Both the position numbers and the translations under genes were made by a program. The notes below the pieces were generated by a model. The model did not search any database. It was not told where the DNA came from and saw only the letters and a list, made by a program, of their open reading frames with translations. DNA of 64,000 nt from an uncultured Clostridium sp. (GTDB lineage Bacteria; Bacillota; Clostridia; TANB77; CAG-508), in contig CAMPBS010000002.1 of the NCBI GenBank assembly GCA_946639585.1, positions 16,994 to 80,993 on the forward strand, given 5' to 3'. Shown in pieces: positions 1 through 9,862 of this stretch (position 1 is its first letter; the number at the start of each line of letters is the position of its first letter).

Positions 1-1
1 A

Positions 2-1693
2 AAATTTAGGAATAGCAATATGAGCCATATTTTAGCAGTGTCAGGAATGCATATTACATATATTGTGCTTGGAATTGTGCTATTTTTAAGCAAATTATCT
101 GGTAAAAAAATAGCTAAAATTTTAAGTATTATTGTATTAGTTTTTTATATTACAATAACTGGTTTTTCTCCATCTATTATACGTGCTTGTAGCACAGCAA
201 TAATAATGCTTGTTGGAGGGATAATAAATAGAAAATCAGATGTATGGACATCAATGTCTATATCTTTATTTATTATTCTAATTCACAATCCATTTTTAAT
301 AACTAATATTGGATTACAATTCTCTTATATGGGGACACTAGGAATTATTATTTTAAATAAAAATGTTATGAAAATTTTAACATCTAAAAAGAATACTGAT
401 AAACACAAAATAAGAAAGTTTAAAATACACAAAACAAAATTTAATGAAAAGTTTATTTCTAAGTTTAAGGAGATAATAGCTGTTTCAATTTCTGCGCAAA
501 TCTTTATATTACCATTAACAATATTTCATTTTAATACAATTGGTTTGTATTTTCTAATAACTAATTTACTATTAAGTTTAATCATTGGGCCTGTAATAAT
601 TTTAGGATTTCTGTTTTTAACAATGCTAATTTTAAATTTATCGATTTTAAATATTTTTGCATTTCCTATAAAATGGGGAATAAAAATTATTTTATTTATA
701 ACTCAAATAGGAAATTTTCCATATTCAAAAATCTATGTTGCAACTCCCAAAGTATTTGTATTAATAATATATTTTGTATTTGTAATGGTTCTAAATCATA
801 TTTATACTGCTTGTACGAATAAAAGTCCAACAAATTCAAATTTACGAGTTAAATATATGCTTCAGCTTTTAAAATATAACATTAGGAAATATAGCAAAAA
901 AATTATTTCATTTGTAATTCTTATAATTTTTTTATCCATTTTTGTTGTTTTATTCATTCCAAAATCCTTAAAAATCCATTTTGTAGATGTAGGCCAAGGA
1001 GATTGTTGCTTTATAGAAACACCTGGAAATAAAACCATTTTAATAGATGGTGGAGGTAGCGAATTTGGGAGTTATGATGTTGGTAAAAATACATTATTAC
1101 CATATATTTTAGACAGAGGTTATACAAAAATAGATTATATATTTATAAGTCATTTTGATACGGACCATGTGCAAGGTTTATTAACAATACTAAAGGAATT
1201 GCAAGTTGAAAATGTAATAATTGCAAAGCAAAAAGAAGAAAGTCAAAACTATAAAAAATTCATAGAAATAGTAAATTCAGGAAAATTAAAAGTTGATATT
1301 GTTAAAAAGGGGGATAGAGTAAAAATAGAAGATGATTTGTATTTTGATATTATCTGGCCCAATACTCAAAATTTAATAAATGAAAATGCTTTAAACAATA
1401 ATTCAATGATGTGCAAGTTGATCTATAAGGATTTTTCAATGGTATTTACAGGAGATATAGAAGAAATCGCTGAAAAGAAGATACTACAAGAATATAAGAA
1501 TAATTTGAGAATGCTGAATTCTACTATTTTAAAAATTGCGCATCATGGGTCAAAAACATCATCAATGCAAGAATTTCTAGAAGCGGTAAAACCTAAAATA
1601 GTTTTAATTGGCGTTGGAGAAAGTAATAAATTTGGTCATCCGAATAAGGAAGTATTAGAAAGGCTTGAATTATTGCGGTTCAAAAATTTATAG
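2..1693 (+). CDS. comEC: DNA internalization competence protein ComEC/Rec2, 5'-partial (frame open to the window edge)
   Basis: The competence domain (ILAVSGMHI) is followed by a metallo-beta-lactamase domain (HFVDVGQGDCCFIE...HFDTDH...HHGS). About 200 aa of the N-terminus lie upstream of the window. Confidence 0.8.
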   Translation, partial: KFRNSNMSHILAVSGMHITYIVLGIVLFLSKLSGKKIAKILSIIVLVFYITITGFSPSIIRACSTAIIMLVGGIINRKSDVWTSMSISLFIILIHNPFLITNIGLQFSYMGTLGIIILNKNVMKILTSKKNTDKHKIRKFKIHKTKFNEKFISKFKEIIAVSISAQIFILPLTIFHFNTIGLYFLITNLLLSLIIGPVIILGFLFLTMLILNLSILNIFAFPIKWGIKIILFITQIGNFPYSKIYVATPKVFVLIIYFVFVMVLNHIYTACTNKSPTNSNLRVKYMLQLLKYNIRKYSKKIISFVILIIFLSIFVVLFIPKSLKIHFVDVGQGDCCFIETPGNKTILIDGGGSEFGSYDVGKNTLLPYILDRGYTKIDYIFISHFDTDHVQGLLTILKELQVENVIIAKQKEESQNYKKFIEIVNSGKLKVDIVKKGDRVKIEDDLYFDIIWPNTQNLINENALNNNSMMCKLIYKDFSMVFTGDIEEIAEKKILQEYKNNLRMLNSTILKIAHHGSKTSSMQEFLEAVKPKIVLIGVGESNKFGHPNKEVLERLELLRFKNL

Positions 1694-1836
1694 AACAGAC
1701 CAAAACGGAGAAATAACATTAGTAATAAATCGAAAAGGAAAAATAAAAATAAATAAAAAGCGCAACTAAAAATAGTTGCACGAATAGTATAAAATTTGAA
1801 ATTTTGTAAATAATAACCTTGAAAGAAGGAGATTTT

Positions 1837-2448
1837 ATGGATAAACTTAACAAGGTTATTATTTCAATGCTGGTTATTTCTGCTATACTTATTGCAATAG
1901 TTGCAGCGTTGTTATTAAATCAAAAAAATAACAAAAAAGATGAGGTTGGGGAGAGTGTAAAAACCCAAATTGGAGAAAATATATATGATGAATGTACAGA
2001 TGAATATGAGGAAATGGGAGAAGATGTAATAACAACAAATACTGAGGAAGAGAAGATATCTCCAAATTGTAAAATAACTCTTATAAAATACTATAAAGGT
2101 TGTAAAGATAAAATAAATGATTATATAAGTGTTCCTAAAGAACTTGTAAATTGTACAGAAAAACAACTGCAAGGCAAATATAATGATTGGGAAATAAAAG
2201 AATTTTCAAGTAATCAAATTACATTATATAAAGAGTTTGAAGGGGAATGCGGAGAACATTATTTATTAAAAGATAAAGATGGTAAAATTTATATTTATAA
2301 AATTAATGAAAATGGTAAACAAGAAGAATATGAAAAAACTGATGTTGCAACTGATTACTTACCAGAAAAAGATAAAAGTGCTATAAAAGAAGGCTTAAAA
2401 GTTAATGGAAAAGAAAAATTAAATGAACTAATCGAAAGCTTTGAATAA
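1837..2448 (+). CDS. hypothetical membrane-anchored, Cys-containing protein
   Basis: An AGGAG RBS precedes the ATG at 1837, followed by an N-terminal TM helix. I see no recognisable domain. Confidence 0.45.
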   Translation: MDKLNKVIISMLVISAILIAIVAALLLNQKNNKKDEVGESVKTQIGENIYDECTDEYEEMGEDVITTNTEEEKISPNCKITLIKYYKGCKDKINDYISVPKELVNCTEKQLQGKYNDWEIKEFSSNQITLYKEFEGECGEHYLLKDKDGKIYIYKINENGKQEEYEKTDVATDYLPEKDKSAIKEGLKVNGKEKLNELIESFE

Positions 2449-2490
2449 AAGAAAAAATGCAAAAGATTGTACTTTTGCATTTTTTTTATT
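2449..2490. terminator. bidirectional intrinsic terminator
   Basis: A hairpin (aaaaaatgcaaaagattgtacttttgcatttttttt) sits between convergent genes. Confidence 0.6.
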
Positions 2491-3073
2491 CTTTTTTATT
2501 ATTTACTTTTGTTACATCTTTTTTCAAGTCTTTTTTATCAATAAAACCATTATGATATAATGACCAAACATACATAATTAAAGCAAATAGGGTAGATATT
2601 AATGCTAAAGCGTAGCAAATTAAATCTAGGTTTTTCCAGAAACCTTCAACATTAAATTGCCTGAATATTAATGAAAGAACTATTGCTACATAGAATAATA
2701 CTGTTGCAAGTTTGCCATACCATTTACTATAAACTACAACATCTTTTCCATATAGGAATGAAGCTCCAACTATCATTATAAATTCTTTTACTAAAACTAT
2801 AATTAAAATCCATAGTGGAATTATATTTACTAAAGCTAATGAACCTAATGTACATATTTGTGTTAACTTGTCAGCAAGGGGATCCATTAGTTTTCCAAAG
2901 TTGGAAACCAAATTGAATTTTCTTGCTATAAAACCATCAGCAACATCTGTTATTCCAGATATTGTAAAAAATACGAAGGCTAATATAAATTGTTCTGTAA
3001 ATATGAAATATACTATAAATGGTATTAATAAAAATCTTATTATTGTTAATATATTTGGTACATGTTTAAACAT
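2486..3073 (-). CDS. pgsA: CDP-diacylglycerol--glycerol-3-phosphate 3-phosphatidyltransferase
   Basis: It carries the CDP-alcohol phosphatidyltransferase motif DVADGFIARK...G...DPLADK. The AAGGAG RBS supports the ATG at 3073. Confidence 0.85.
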   Translation of the reverse strand: MFKHVPNILTIIRFLLIPFIVYFIFTEQFILAFVFFTISGITDVADGFIARKFNLVSNFGKLMDPLADKLTQICTLGSLALVNIIPLWILIIVLVKEFIMIVGASFLYGKDVVVYSKWYGKLATVLFYVAIVLSLIFRQFNVEGFWKNLDLICYALALISTLFALIMYVWSLYHNGFIDKKDLKKDVTKVNNKKE

Positions 3074-3100
3074 AATTACTCCTTTTGAGTATTCTATTTT

Positions 3101-3228
3101 AATATAATGATTTTTAATTCCTTGGTGTCGCAATCTCCTTATTTAAAAATACTAGTATGTCGATTGCTCCAGTCGCCCTGCGCTTTGCTCCGGTTGGTCG
3201 CTTACGCGGAATTCAAAATCATTATATT
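3101..3228 (+). repeat. GC-rich structured intergenic repeat element, copy 1 of 3
   Basis: The conserved core (ccttggtgtcgcaa...gctccagtcgccctgcgc...ggttggtcgcttacgcgg) is closed by a 21 bp AT-rich inverted repeat specific to this copy. Confidence 0.8.
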
Positions 3229-3233
3229 AAAAT

Positions 3234-5690
3234 TTAAACTACTCGAAATATTAATTCATTTTCTAAATCTACTACAATATTTTGACCATTTTTTAATTCT
3301 GAGCGAAGGATTTTCTCAGATATTTCATCTTCGAGATACTTTTGAATTGCTCTTCTTAATGGTCTAGCTCCAAATTTTACATTTGTGCCTTTTTCTAAAA
3401 TGTATTTTTTTGCGTTTTCTGTTACTTCCATAGTTATATTTTTTTCTTTTAAAGCTTTTTCAGTATCTTGTAACATTAAATCTACTATTTGAATTAGCTC
3501 TGGTTCTGTAAGTGAGTCAAATACAATTGTTTCATCAATTCTATTTAAGAATTCTGGTCTAAATACATCTTTTAAACTATCTAAAATTTTGTTTTTGTTT
3601 ATTATAGATTTTCCACCAAATCCGATTGAATTATTGTTTAAGTTTGATCCTGCATTTGATGTCATTATAATAATTGTATTTGAAAAATTAACTGTATTTC
3701 CCTGACTATCTGTAAGCTTGCCGTCATCAAGCACTTGTAATAAAATATTAAATACATCAGGATGAGCTTTTTCAATTTCGTCAAATAGAATTATAGAGTA
3801 AGGTTTTCTTTTTACCTTTTCAGTTAATTGACCTGCATCATCATATCCTACATAACCTGGAGGAGATCCAATTAGTTTTGCTGTTGAATGACTTTCCATA
3901 TATTCTGACATGTCAACTCTAATTATTGCATCTTCTGAACCAAACATTTCATAAGCTAATGATTTTGCAAGTTCAGTTTTTCCTACACCAGTAGGACCTA
4001 CAAATATAAATGATGGTGGTCTTTTGGTACTTTGAAGCCCAGCTCTGTTCCTTCTAATTGCTCTAGATACAGCATTTACAGCTTCTTCTTGGCCAATTAC
4101 TCTTTTATGAAGGTTAGTTTCTAAGTTTAATAATTTTTGAGTTTCAGCTTCTGTAATCTTTTTAACAGGTATTTTTGTCCAGTTTTCAATTACATTTGCT
4201 ATATCTTGAACTGTAAGGTTTTTTAATTTCATTTTATTATTTATTGAATCTATTTGTTCAATCAATTGACATTCTTTTGCCTTAAGTTCAGCAGCTTTTT
4301 GATAATCTTCTGTTGAATCAGCTGCAACAACTTCTTCTTTCTCGGCTTGTACTTTTTTTAGTTCTTGACGAAGTAATTCTAATGTGAATAAGTCTTTGTT
4401 TTCTAGATTTATTCTTGAACAAGCTTCATCCAAAATGTCGATTGCTTTATCTGGTAAAAATCTGTCATGTATATATTTTTCAGACATTATTACTGTTTGC
4501 TTAATCACATCAGATGAGATTTTTACTTTGTGATATTCTTCATAATATTTTTTTATTCCATTTAGAATACCAACAGAATCTTCAATGTTTGGCTCTTCGA
4601 CCAATACTTGTTGAAATCTTCTTTCTAAGGCTGTGTCTTTTTCAATGTATTTTCTATATTCTTTTAAAGTTGTAGTTCCAATCAATTGAATTTCACCATT
4701 AGATAAGGCGGGTTTTAAAATATTTGCGGCATTCATAGAATGTTCGCCATCTCCGGCACCTATAATATTGTGAATTTCATCTATAACTAAAATAATATTT
4801 CCGTATTCTCGACATTCATCTATAATGCCTTTCATTCTAGCTTCAAATTGACCTCTAAACTGTGTTCCGGCAATAACTGCTGTCATATCTAAAAGGTAAA
4901 CTTCTTTATTTAAAAGCTTTGCAGGTACATTTTGGTTCGCAATTTTTATTGCTAAACCTTGGGCAATTGCAGTTTTTCCAACTCCAGGTTCACCAATTAA
5001 ACAAGGATTATTTTTAGAACGTCTATTTAAGATTTGTGTAATTCTTTGAATTTCCTTATCTCTACCAATTACAATGTCTAATTCATTGTTTTTGGCTTTA
5101 TTTGTTAGGTTTGTACCATATGTATCTAAATATTTTTTCTTTTTAGATGTTTTTGTTTTTTTCTTTTCAACTTTAACTTTTTTTCTTTCTGAACTATTTG
5201 GATTTCCGTTAGCTTGGGCATGCGCTGCTCCATTATTTCCAAACATATTGAAAATTGAACCTAGGGGAATAGCTGCACCGGCAATTTTTGGAGATTCGTC
5301 ATCTTCTTCATCTTCATCCATTCCATCAGCAGAAGGACCAAAAGTGAAGGCTCCCTCAATATTTTGAATATCTTCCAAATTTATATTTTCGGCCAAATCT
5401 TTAAATATTGTTTCAAATTGTTTAGACATATCTTGCATATTTATATTATTTAAATTATTATTACCATTTGGATTAGTATTGTTTACATTTTGGTTTAAAT
5501 CAGGGTTAGTATCTTGTTTTGTACTATCAATTATGTTTTTTTGCCTGTTTAAAACATCTATTACATCAATGCCTCTTTTTTGAGCGCATTCAGCACATAA
5601 ACCTTCCATAGTGCTTTTTCCATTTTCTTGTTTTTCAAAAAAAAGTATAGCTGCATTTTTATTACAATCAGAACATAACATACTTTTCAT
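3234..5690 (-). CDS. clpE: ATP-dependent Clp protease ATP-binding subunit, ClpE-like (N-terminal zinc finger, two AAA+ modules)
   Basis: It has an N-terminal CxxC...CxxC zinc finger, two Walker A motifs (GEPGVGKT and GPTGVGKT) and an Asn-rich linker. Confidence 0.85.
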   Translation of the reverse strand: MKSMLCSDCNKNAAILFFEKQENGKSTMEGLCAECAQKRGIDVIDVLNRQKNIIDSTKQDTNPDLNQNVNNTNPNGNNNLNNINMQDMSKQFETIFKDLAENINLEDIQNIEGAFTFGPSADGMDEDEEDDESPKIAGAAIPLGSIFNMFGNNGAAHAQANGNPNSSERKKVKVEKKKTKTSKKKKYLDTYGTNLTNKAKNNELDIVIGRDKEIQRITQILNRRSKNNPCLIGEPGVGKTAIAQGLAIKIANQNVPAKLLNKEVYLLDMTAVIAGTQFRGQFEARMKGIIDECREYGNIILVIDEIHNIIGAGDGEHSMNAANILKPALSNGEIQLIGTTTLKEYRKYIEKDTALERRFQQVLVEEPNIEDSVGILNGIKKYYEEYHKVKISSDVIKQTVIMSEKYIHDRFLPDKAIDILDEACSRINLENKDLFTLELLRQELKKVQAEKEEVVAADSTEDYQKAAELKAKECQLIEQIDSINNKMKLKNLTVQDIANVIENWTKIPVKKITEAETQKLLNLETNLHKRVIGQEEAVNAVSRAIRRNRAGLQSTKRPPSFIFVGPTGVGKTELAKSLAYEMFGSEDAIIRVDMSEYMESHSTAKLIGSPPGYVGYDDAGQLTEKVKRKPYSIILFDEIEKAHPDVFNILLQVLDDGKLTDSQGNTVNFSNTIIIMTSNAGSNLNNNSIGFGGKSIINKNKILDSLKDVFRPEFLNRIDETIVFDSLTEPELIQIVDLMLQDTEKALKEKNITMEVTENAKKYILEKGTNVKFGARPLRRAIQKYLEDEISEKILRSELKNGQNIVVDLENELIFRVV

Positions 5691-5775
5691 TTCTCCTTAC
5701 TTTTATATAAAATTACAATATATATATTATCTCAAAAACCTTAATAAGTCAAGCTAAACTTTTGAAATAAGCAAT

Positions 5776-5827
5776 CTGGGGACACTTCCCAAAATGTACA
5801 ATTTTTGAACATTTTGGGAAGTGTCCC
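5776..5827. repeat. palindromic element GGGACACTTCCCAAAATG-N-CATTTTGGGAAGTGTCCC (copy A)
   Basis: It is a 20 bp perfect inverted repeat with a 12 nt spacer, lying in the clpE upstream region. Three related copies occur elsewhere in the window. Confidence 0.75.
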
Positions 5828-5928
5828 TAAAATGTTCAAAATTATTTAAATTTATATTGCAATAAAATTTGGTAAATGTTATAATATACTTAGTAAAAAA
5901 AGATTTACAAAAGAAAGAGGGCGAAAGA

Positions 5929-6771
5929 ATGAATGTAACACTGCCAGACAATAAATTGGATAAAAAGACTATAATGGTGTATGCAATAATCATTTTCATA
6001 TGTATTGCATCTATTTTTGCTGTTGTTTGGATGCAATTTTTTGATGGCGAAATTGTTGAAACAGTTGGAACTCTGAAAGGTAAGAGTGACCACGATTATA
6101 ATAATTTAAAAGCGGAATTCAATGAATTACTTACAAATGATATACAGAATTATGATGAAAAATATAATAACAAAAAAGAAAGCTTGACAAATGATATAGT
6201 ATATACTGTTTGTGAGGAAAATGCTTCATCAGGAGATGATTACAATATTCAAGTTAAAATTCCATATATAAATATAAAGAGTAAAACAGTTAAAGAGTAT
6301 AATAATGAAATTAAAAAGACTTTTATTGATAAAGTAGAATCAATTAAAAATACTAAAAATAAACATTCAACATATTCGGTTCAATATGGGGGATATGTAC
6401 AAGATGGAGTTTTATCAGTAGTGATAAAAGCAGAAATACAAGAAGGAACAAAAGCTCAAAGAACAGTAATAAAAACATTTAATTATGATTTAGAAAATAA
6501 CAGTGAAATTTCTTTTAATAAATTACTTCAAACAAAAAAAGTAAGTTTGGAATATGCTCAGGACAGAATCAACAAAGAAGCACAAATAGGTGCCAAAAAA
6601 TCTGAGGATATTAAAGCTATGGGATATGAAATTTATGAAAGAAATCTTGAAGATTCTATGTATAAAGTTGAAAATATTAAAGAATTTTATTTCCATGATG
6701 GAACAATATATGTAATGTTTGCGTACGGAAATACTAAATATACAAATGAATTAGATATAGCTGTAATATAA
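5929..6771 (+). CDS. membrane-anchored protein, DUF4163/DUF3298-like (RsiV/PdaC N-terminal-like)
   Basis: An RBS (agaaagaggg) precedes the ATG at 5929, followed by an N-terminal TM helix. The family assignment rests on overall composition and pattern only. Confidence 0.45.
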   Translation: MNVTLPDNKLDKKTIMVYAIIIFICIASIFAVVWMQFFDGEIVETVGTLKGKSDHDYNNLKAEFNELLTNDIQNYDEKYNNKKESLTNDIVYTVCEENASSGDDYNIQVKIPYINIKSKTVKEYNNEIKKTFIDKVESIKNTKNKHSTYSVQYGGYVQDGVLSVVIKAEIQEGTKAQRTVIKTFNYDLENNSEISFNKLLQTKKVSLEYAQDRINKEAQIGAKKSEDIKAMGYEIYERNLEDSMYKVENIKEFYFHDGTIYVMFAYGNTKYTNELDIAVI

Positions 6772-6790
6772 AAATAAAATTAAAAACCTG

Positions 6791-6822
6791 CAAGTTTAAC
6801 TTGCAGGTTTTTAAAAATAAAA
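6791..6822. terminator. intrinsic terminator
   Basis: Hairpin aaacctgcaagtttaacttgcaggttttt. Confidence 0.7.
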
Positions 6823-6968
6823 GGGGATGTTTTCTTAATTTTTAGTTAGGTTCTCATTCCTAACTTGTTTATATTATATATTTTGTTTTTGTCCATTGTG
6901 TGAACTCAGGGTGAAAAAACGGAAAAATAAAAATCGCATTGCGATTTTTATTTTTATGATTTTTAAAA

Positions 6969-8288
6969 TTATGGTTGTTCTCCTAAAATAACAGTAATTT
7001 CTTCTTCTTTGTTATTTCTATTAATTTTTAATTTTAGTTCATCACCAATATTTTTGGAATTTTTTATTTCATTTAATTCGTCCATTTTAGTGATTTTTTT
7101 GCCATCAACTTCTATAATTACATCACCAACTTTTATGCCAGATTTTTCAGCAGCTGAGAAGTCTTCTATAGTTTTTACATAAATACCAACAACTAAATTA
7201 TGGGCTTTGGCAGTTTTTTCATCTAAATCAACTCCACCAATTCCAATAAACGGTCTTTTAACCTTACTGTATTGAATTAATTGCTCTGTTATATTTGATG
7301 TTGAATTAATTGGAATAGCAAATCCCATTCCTTCAACGCCTGTTCCTGAAAGTTTTAAAGTATTTACACCAATTACCTTTCCTTCACTATTTACTAAAGC
7401 TCCACCACTATTACCAGAGTTTATAGCAGCATCTGTTTGAATTAGTTTGAAAGATTTTCCTTCAGTATCTGTAACTTCTCTGTTTACAGCACTTACAACA
7501 CCACATGTTATACTACTTTGCATTCCAAGTGGATTTCCTACAGCCATAGCAAATTCACCAACTTTAATAGAATCGGAATCAGCAAATTCTGCTTTTGTTA
7601 GTCCTGTTTTATCAATTTTTATAACAGCTAAATCTGTTTGCTCATCTTTTCCAATTATTTTGGCATCATATTCAGTTTCATCATCATAAAGAGTAACTGT
7701 AACTTTATTTGCTTCTGAAACTTGATAGAATGAATCAGATGATGATGAAGCAACAATGTGGTTATTTGTTAAAATGTAACCGTCATCACTAATTATAATT
7801 CCAGACCCTGAAGCTGTTGCAGATGAGGTTTGAGGTCTACTAGACAAACCAAACATACTATAATAATTTGAACTTACTGTATAATCTACTTTAATTCCTA
7901 CAATTGATGGTAATATTTTATTTGCAGCATATATAGAAGTATTTGAATATTTATCTAAATCAACTTGTTTTACAGTACCATTAGAACTTGTATTAGTGCT
8001 TGGAGCAGTACTAATAACATTGCTTGTAGGAAATACTGCTTTTTTGATTTCTGGAACGAATAGGATAGTTCCCATTACAGTGGCACAGCCTATAATACCG
8101 CTTACAAAAGGTATTATAACGCTTTTTCCAAAAGAATATGTTTTAGGAGATTTCTCTTTTTTTGTTTTCTCCTTTTTTATTTTAGGTTGTTTTAAATTAT
8201 TGGCAGTATTTGGTACTGCTTTGAAATTGTGATTAATCTCAGAAGTATTATTTTGAGTTGCATTATTATCATTTTTTATTTCATTCAT
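6969..8288 (-). CDS. htrA: serine protease HtrA/DegP (trypsin-like domain plus PDZ)
   Basis: The catalytic triad context is present (TNNHIV, DLAVIKI, GNSGGALVN) with a C-terminal PDZ domain. The RBS supports the ATG at 8288. Confidence 0.85.
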   Translation of the reverse strand: MNEIKNDNNATQNNTSEINHNFKAVPNTANNLKQPKIKKEKTKKEKSPKTYSFGKSVIIPFVSGIIGCATVMGTILFVPEIKKAVFPTSNVISTAPSTNTSSNGTVKQVDLDKYSNTSIYAANKILPSIVGIKVDYTVSSNYYSMFGLSSRPQTSSATASGSGIIISDDGYILTNNHIVASSSSDSFYQVSEANKVTVTLYDDETEYDAKIIGKDEQTDLAVIKIDKTGLTKAEFADSDSIKVGEFAMAVGNPLGMQSSITCGVVSAVNREVTDTEGKSFKLIQTDAAINSGNSGGALVNSEGKVIGVNTLKLSGTGVEGMGFAIPINSTSNITEQLIQYSKVKRPFIGIGGVDLDEKTAKAHNLVVGIYVKTIEDFSAAEKSGIKVGDVIIEVDGKKITKMDELNEIKNSKNIGDELKLKINRNNKEEEITVILGEQP

Positions 8289-8479
8289 AATAAAATCCTT
8301 CCTTTCATTTAGTATAAAAATACCATATAATATATAATATCTCAAAACAATATGATTTTACAATAGTATTGTGAATTTTTTGTGAAAAAATAAAAATATT
8401 TTTAAATTTAAGATTTATATTGAAATAATTATCAATAAAAGATATAATGTAGAAAATATGTTAAAAGAGAGGTAAAAAA

Positions 8480-9040
8480 ATGGACATAAAAGATAATAAA
8501 GGTATAACATTAGTAGTACTAGTTGTAACTATAATAGTTTTGATAATAATTGCAGGAGTAACAATTACAGCAGGAACTGAGTCCATAAAAAAAGCTAAGC
8601 TAGAAACTTTAAGAACCAATATGCTTTTAATAAAAGCCAAAGGAAAAGAATATTGTGAAGAGGCTAATTTTAGAGCGGGAATTATAAATGAAAATGATAC
8701 TGCAGAAGCGAAAGCAGAAAAAATTGAAAAAGGGAAAAATTATATAAAAAATCCTGGAGAAAAAGTAAAGGGACTTTTAAATGAAGCGACAGCAGCAGAT
8801 TTGACATCTGTTAATGCGAGTCTAGGAGATGATGCAGCAAATAAATATGCTGTTAAATTAACTACTCAAGATTTAAAAGATATGGGACTAAATGAAGTGG
8901 CAAATACCCAAAATGAAGGAGAATATATAATCATATTTGATATAAAAAATAATATAGTTGAAGTTTTTAATACACAAGGTTATCAGGATAAAAATCAAAC
9001 AAAATATTCTTTAACAGAAATAGAAGCAATAGAAGATTAG
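8480..9040 (+). CDS. pilin-like / prepilin-type N-terminal hydrophobic segment protein
   Basis: The N-terminus (NKGITLVVLVVTIIVLIIIAGVTITAG) resembles a class III signal/pseudopilin segment and is paralogous to the N-terminus of the gene at 42817. Confidence 0.5.
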   Translation: MDIKDNKGITLVVLVVTIIVLIIIAGVTITAGTESIKKAKLETLRTNMLLIKAKGKEYCEEANFRAGIINENDTAEAKAEKIEKGKNYIKNPGEKVKGLLNEATAADLTSVNASLGDDAANKYAVKLTTQDLKDMGLNEVANTQNEGEYIIIFDIKNNIVEVFNTQGYQDKNQTKYSLTEIEAIED

Positions 9041-9093
9041 ATTTTTTAAATTTAGGAAGCAATTTATCGATCGATAAGAAGAAGGTACAAAAA

Positions 9094-9729
9094 GTGAAAG
9101 AAAAAGAATTAGAAAGATTAACAAAATTAAAAGAAATAGAAAAAGAATTTCATGAAAAAGGAATAAAGTATATATGTGGAATAGATGAAGCGGGTCGTGG
9201 CCCTTTGGCAGGGCCTGTTTGCGTTGCAAGTGTAATAATGCCAGAAAATTCTATGATAGAGGGGGTAAATGATTCAAAAAAAGTATCTGAAAAGAAAAGA
9301 GAAATGTTGTATGACAAAATAATAGAAGAAGCTATTAGCTATTCAGTTGCAATAATCTCAGAAAAAGAAATAGATGAAATAAACATTCTAAATGCAACTA
9401 AAAAGGGGCTCACCCAATCGATAGCAGGTTTAGACGTAAAACCTGAACTGATACTAGTAGATGCATTAGATAAAATTGATACATTAGGCATTCCATATAA
9501 ACCAATAATTAAAGGAGATGCACTTGCTTATTCAATTTCAGCAGCTTCAATTTTAGCTAAGGTTACCAGGGATAGGATAATGAGGCAAATGGATGAAATA
9601 TATCCAGAGTATGGCTTTGCTGGACATAAAGGATATGGAACTGCTAAACATATTGCAGCAATAAAAGAATTTGGACTTTGCGATATACATAGAAGGAGCT
9701 TTACAAAAAATTTTATCAATATTAAATAA
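9094..9729 (+). CDS. rnhB: ribonuclease HII
   Basis: It carries the GIDEAGRGPLAGPV motif. The start is a GTG. Confidence 0.85.
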   Translation: MKEKELERLTKLKEIEKEFHEKGIKYICGIDEAGRGPLAGPVCVASVIMPENSMIEGVNDSKKVSEKKREMLYDKIIEEAISYSVAIISEKEIDEINILNATKKGLTQSIAGLDVKPELILVDALDKIDTLGIPYKPIIKGDALAYSISAASILAKVTRDRIMRQMDEIYPEYGFAGHKGYGTAKHIAAIKEFGLCDIHRRSFTKNFINIK

Positions 9730-9862
9730 ATACGTTTACTTAATATTTAATATTGAAATTTGTTAAAATTAGCTAGTAAAAAAATGTTGAATTTTATAAT
9801 AAATGTGTTATAATTAATATGGTACTAAAGAATTTTTAGTAAACATATGGAAGGAGAAGAGA

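Noticed and set aside
5074-5367. Antisense ORFs inside clpE, dnaK (39451-39895), dnaJ (40356-41259), cysS (49058-50135) and the pilin-like gene (42886-43832)
   Set aside because: They are fully embedded in strongly supported genes on the opposite strand. Their compositionally biased translations (Leu/Phe/Ser runs) are the expected shadow ORFs.
5730-5770. CtsR operator upstream of clpE
   Set aside because: Only AGTCAAG...TTTTGA fragments are present. There is no tandem heptad repeat (A/GGTCAAA-NAN-A/GGTCAAA) on either strand.
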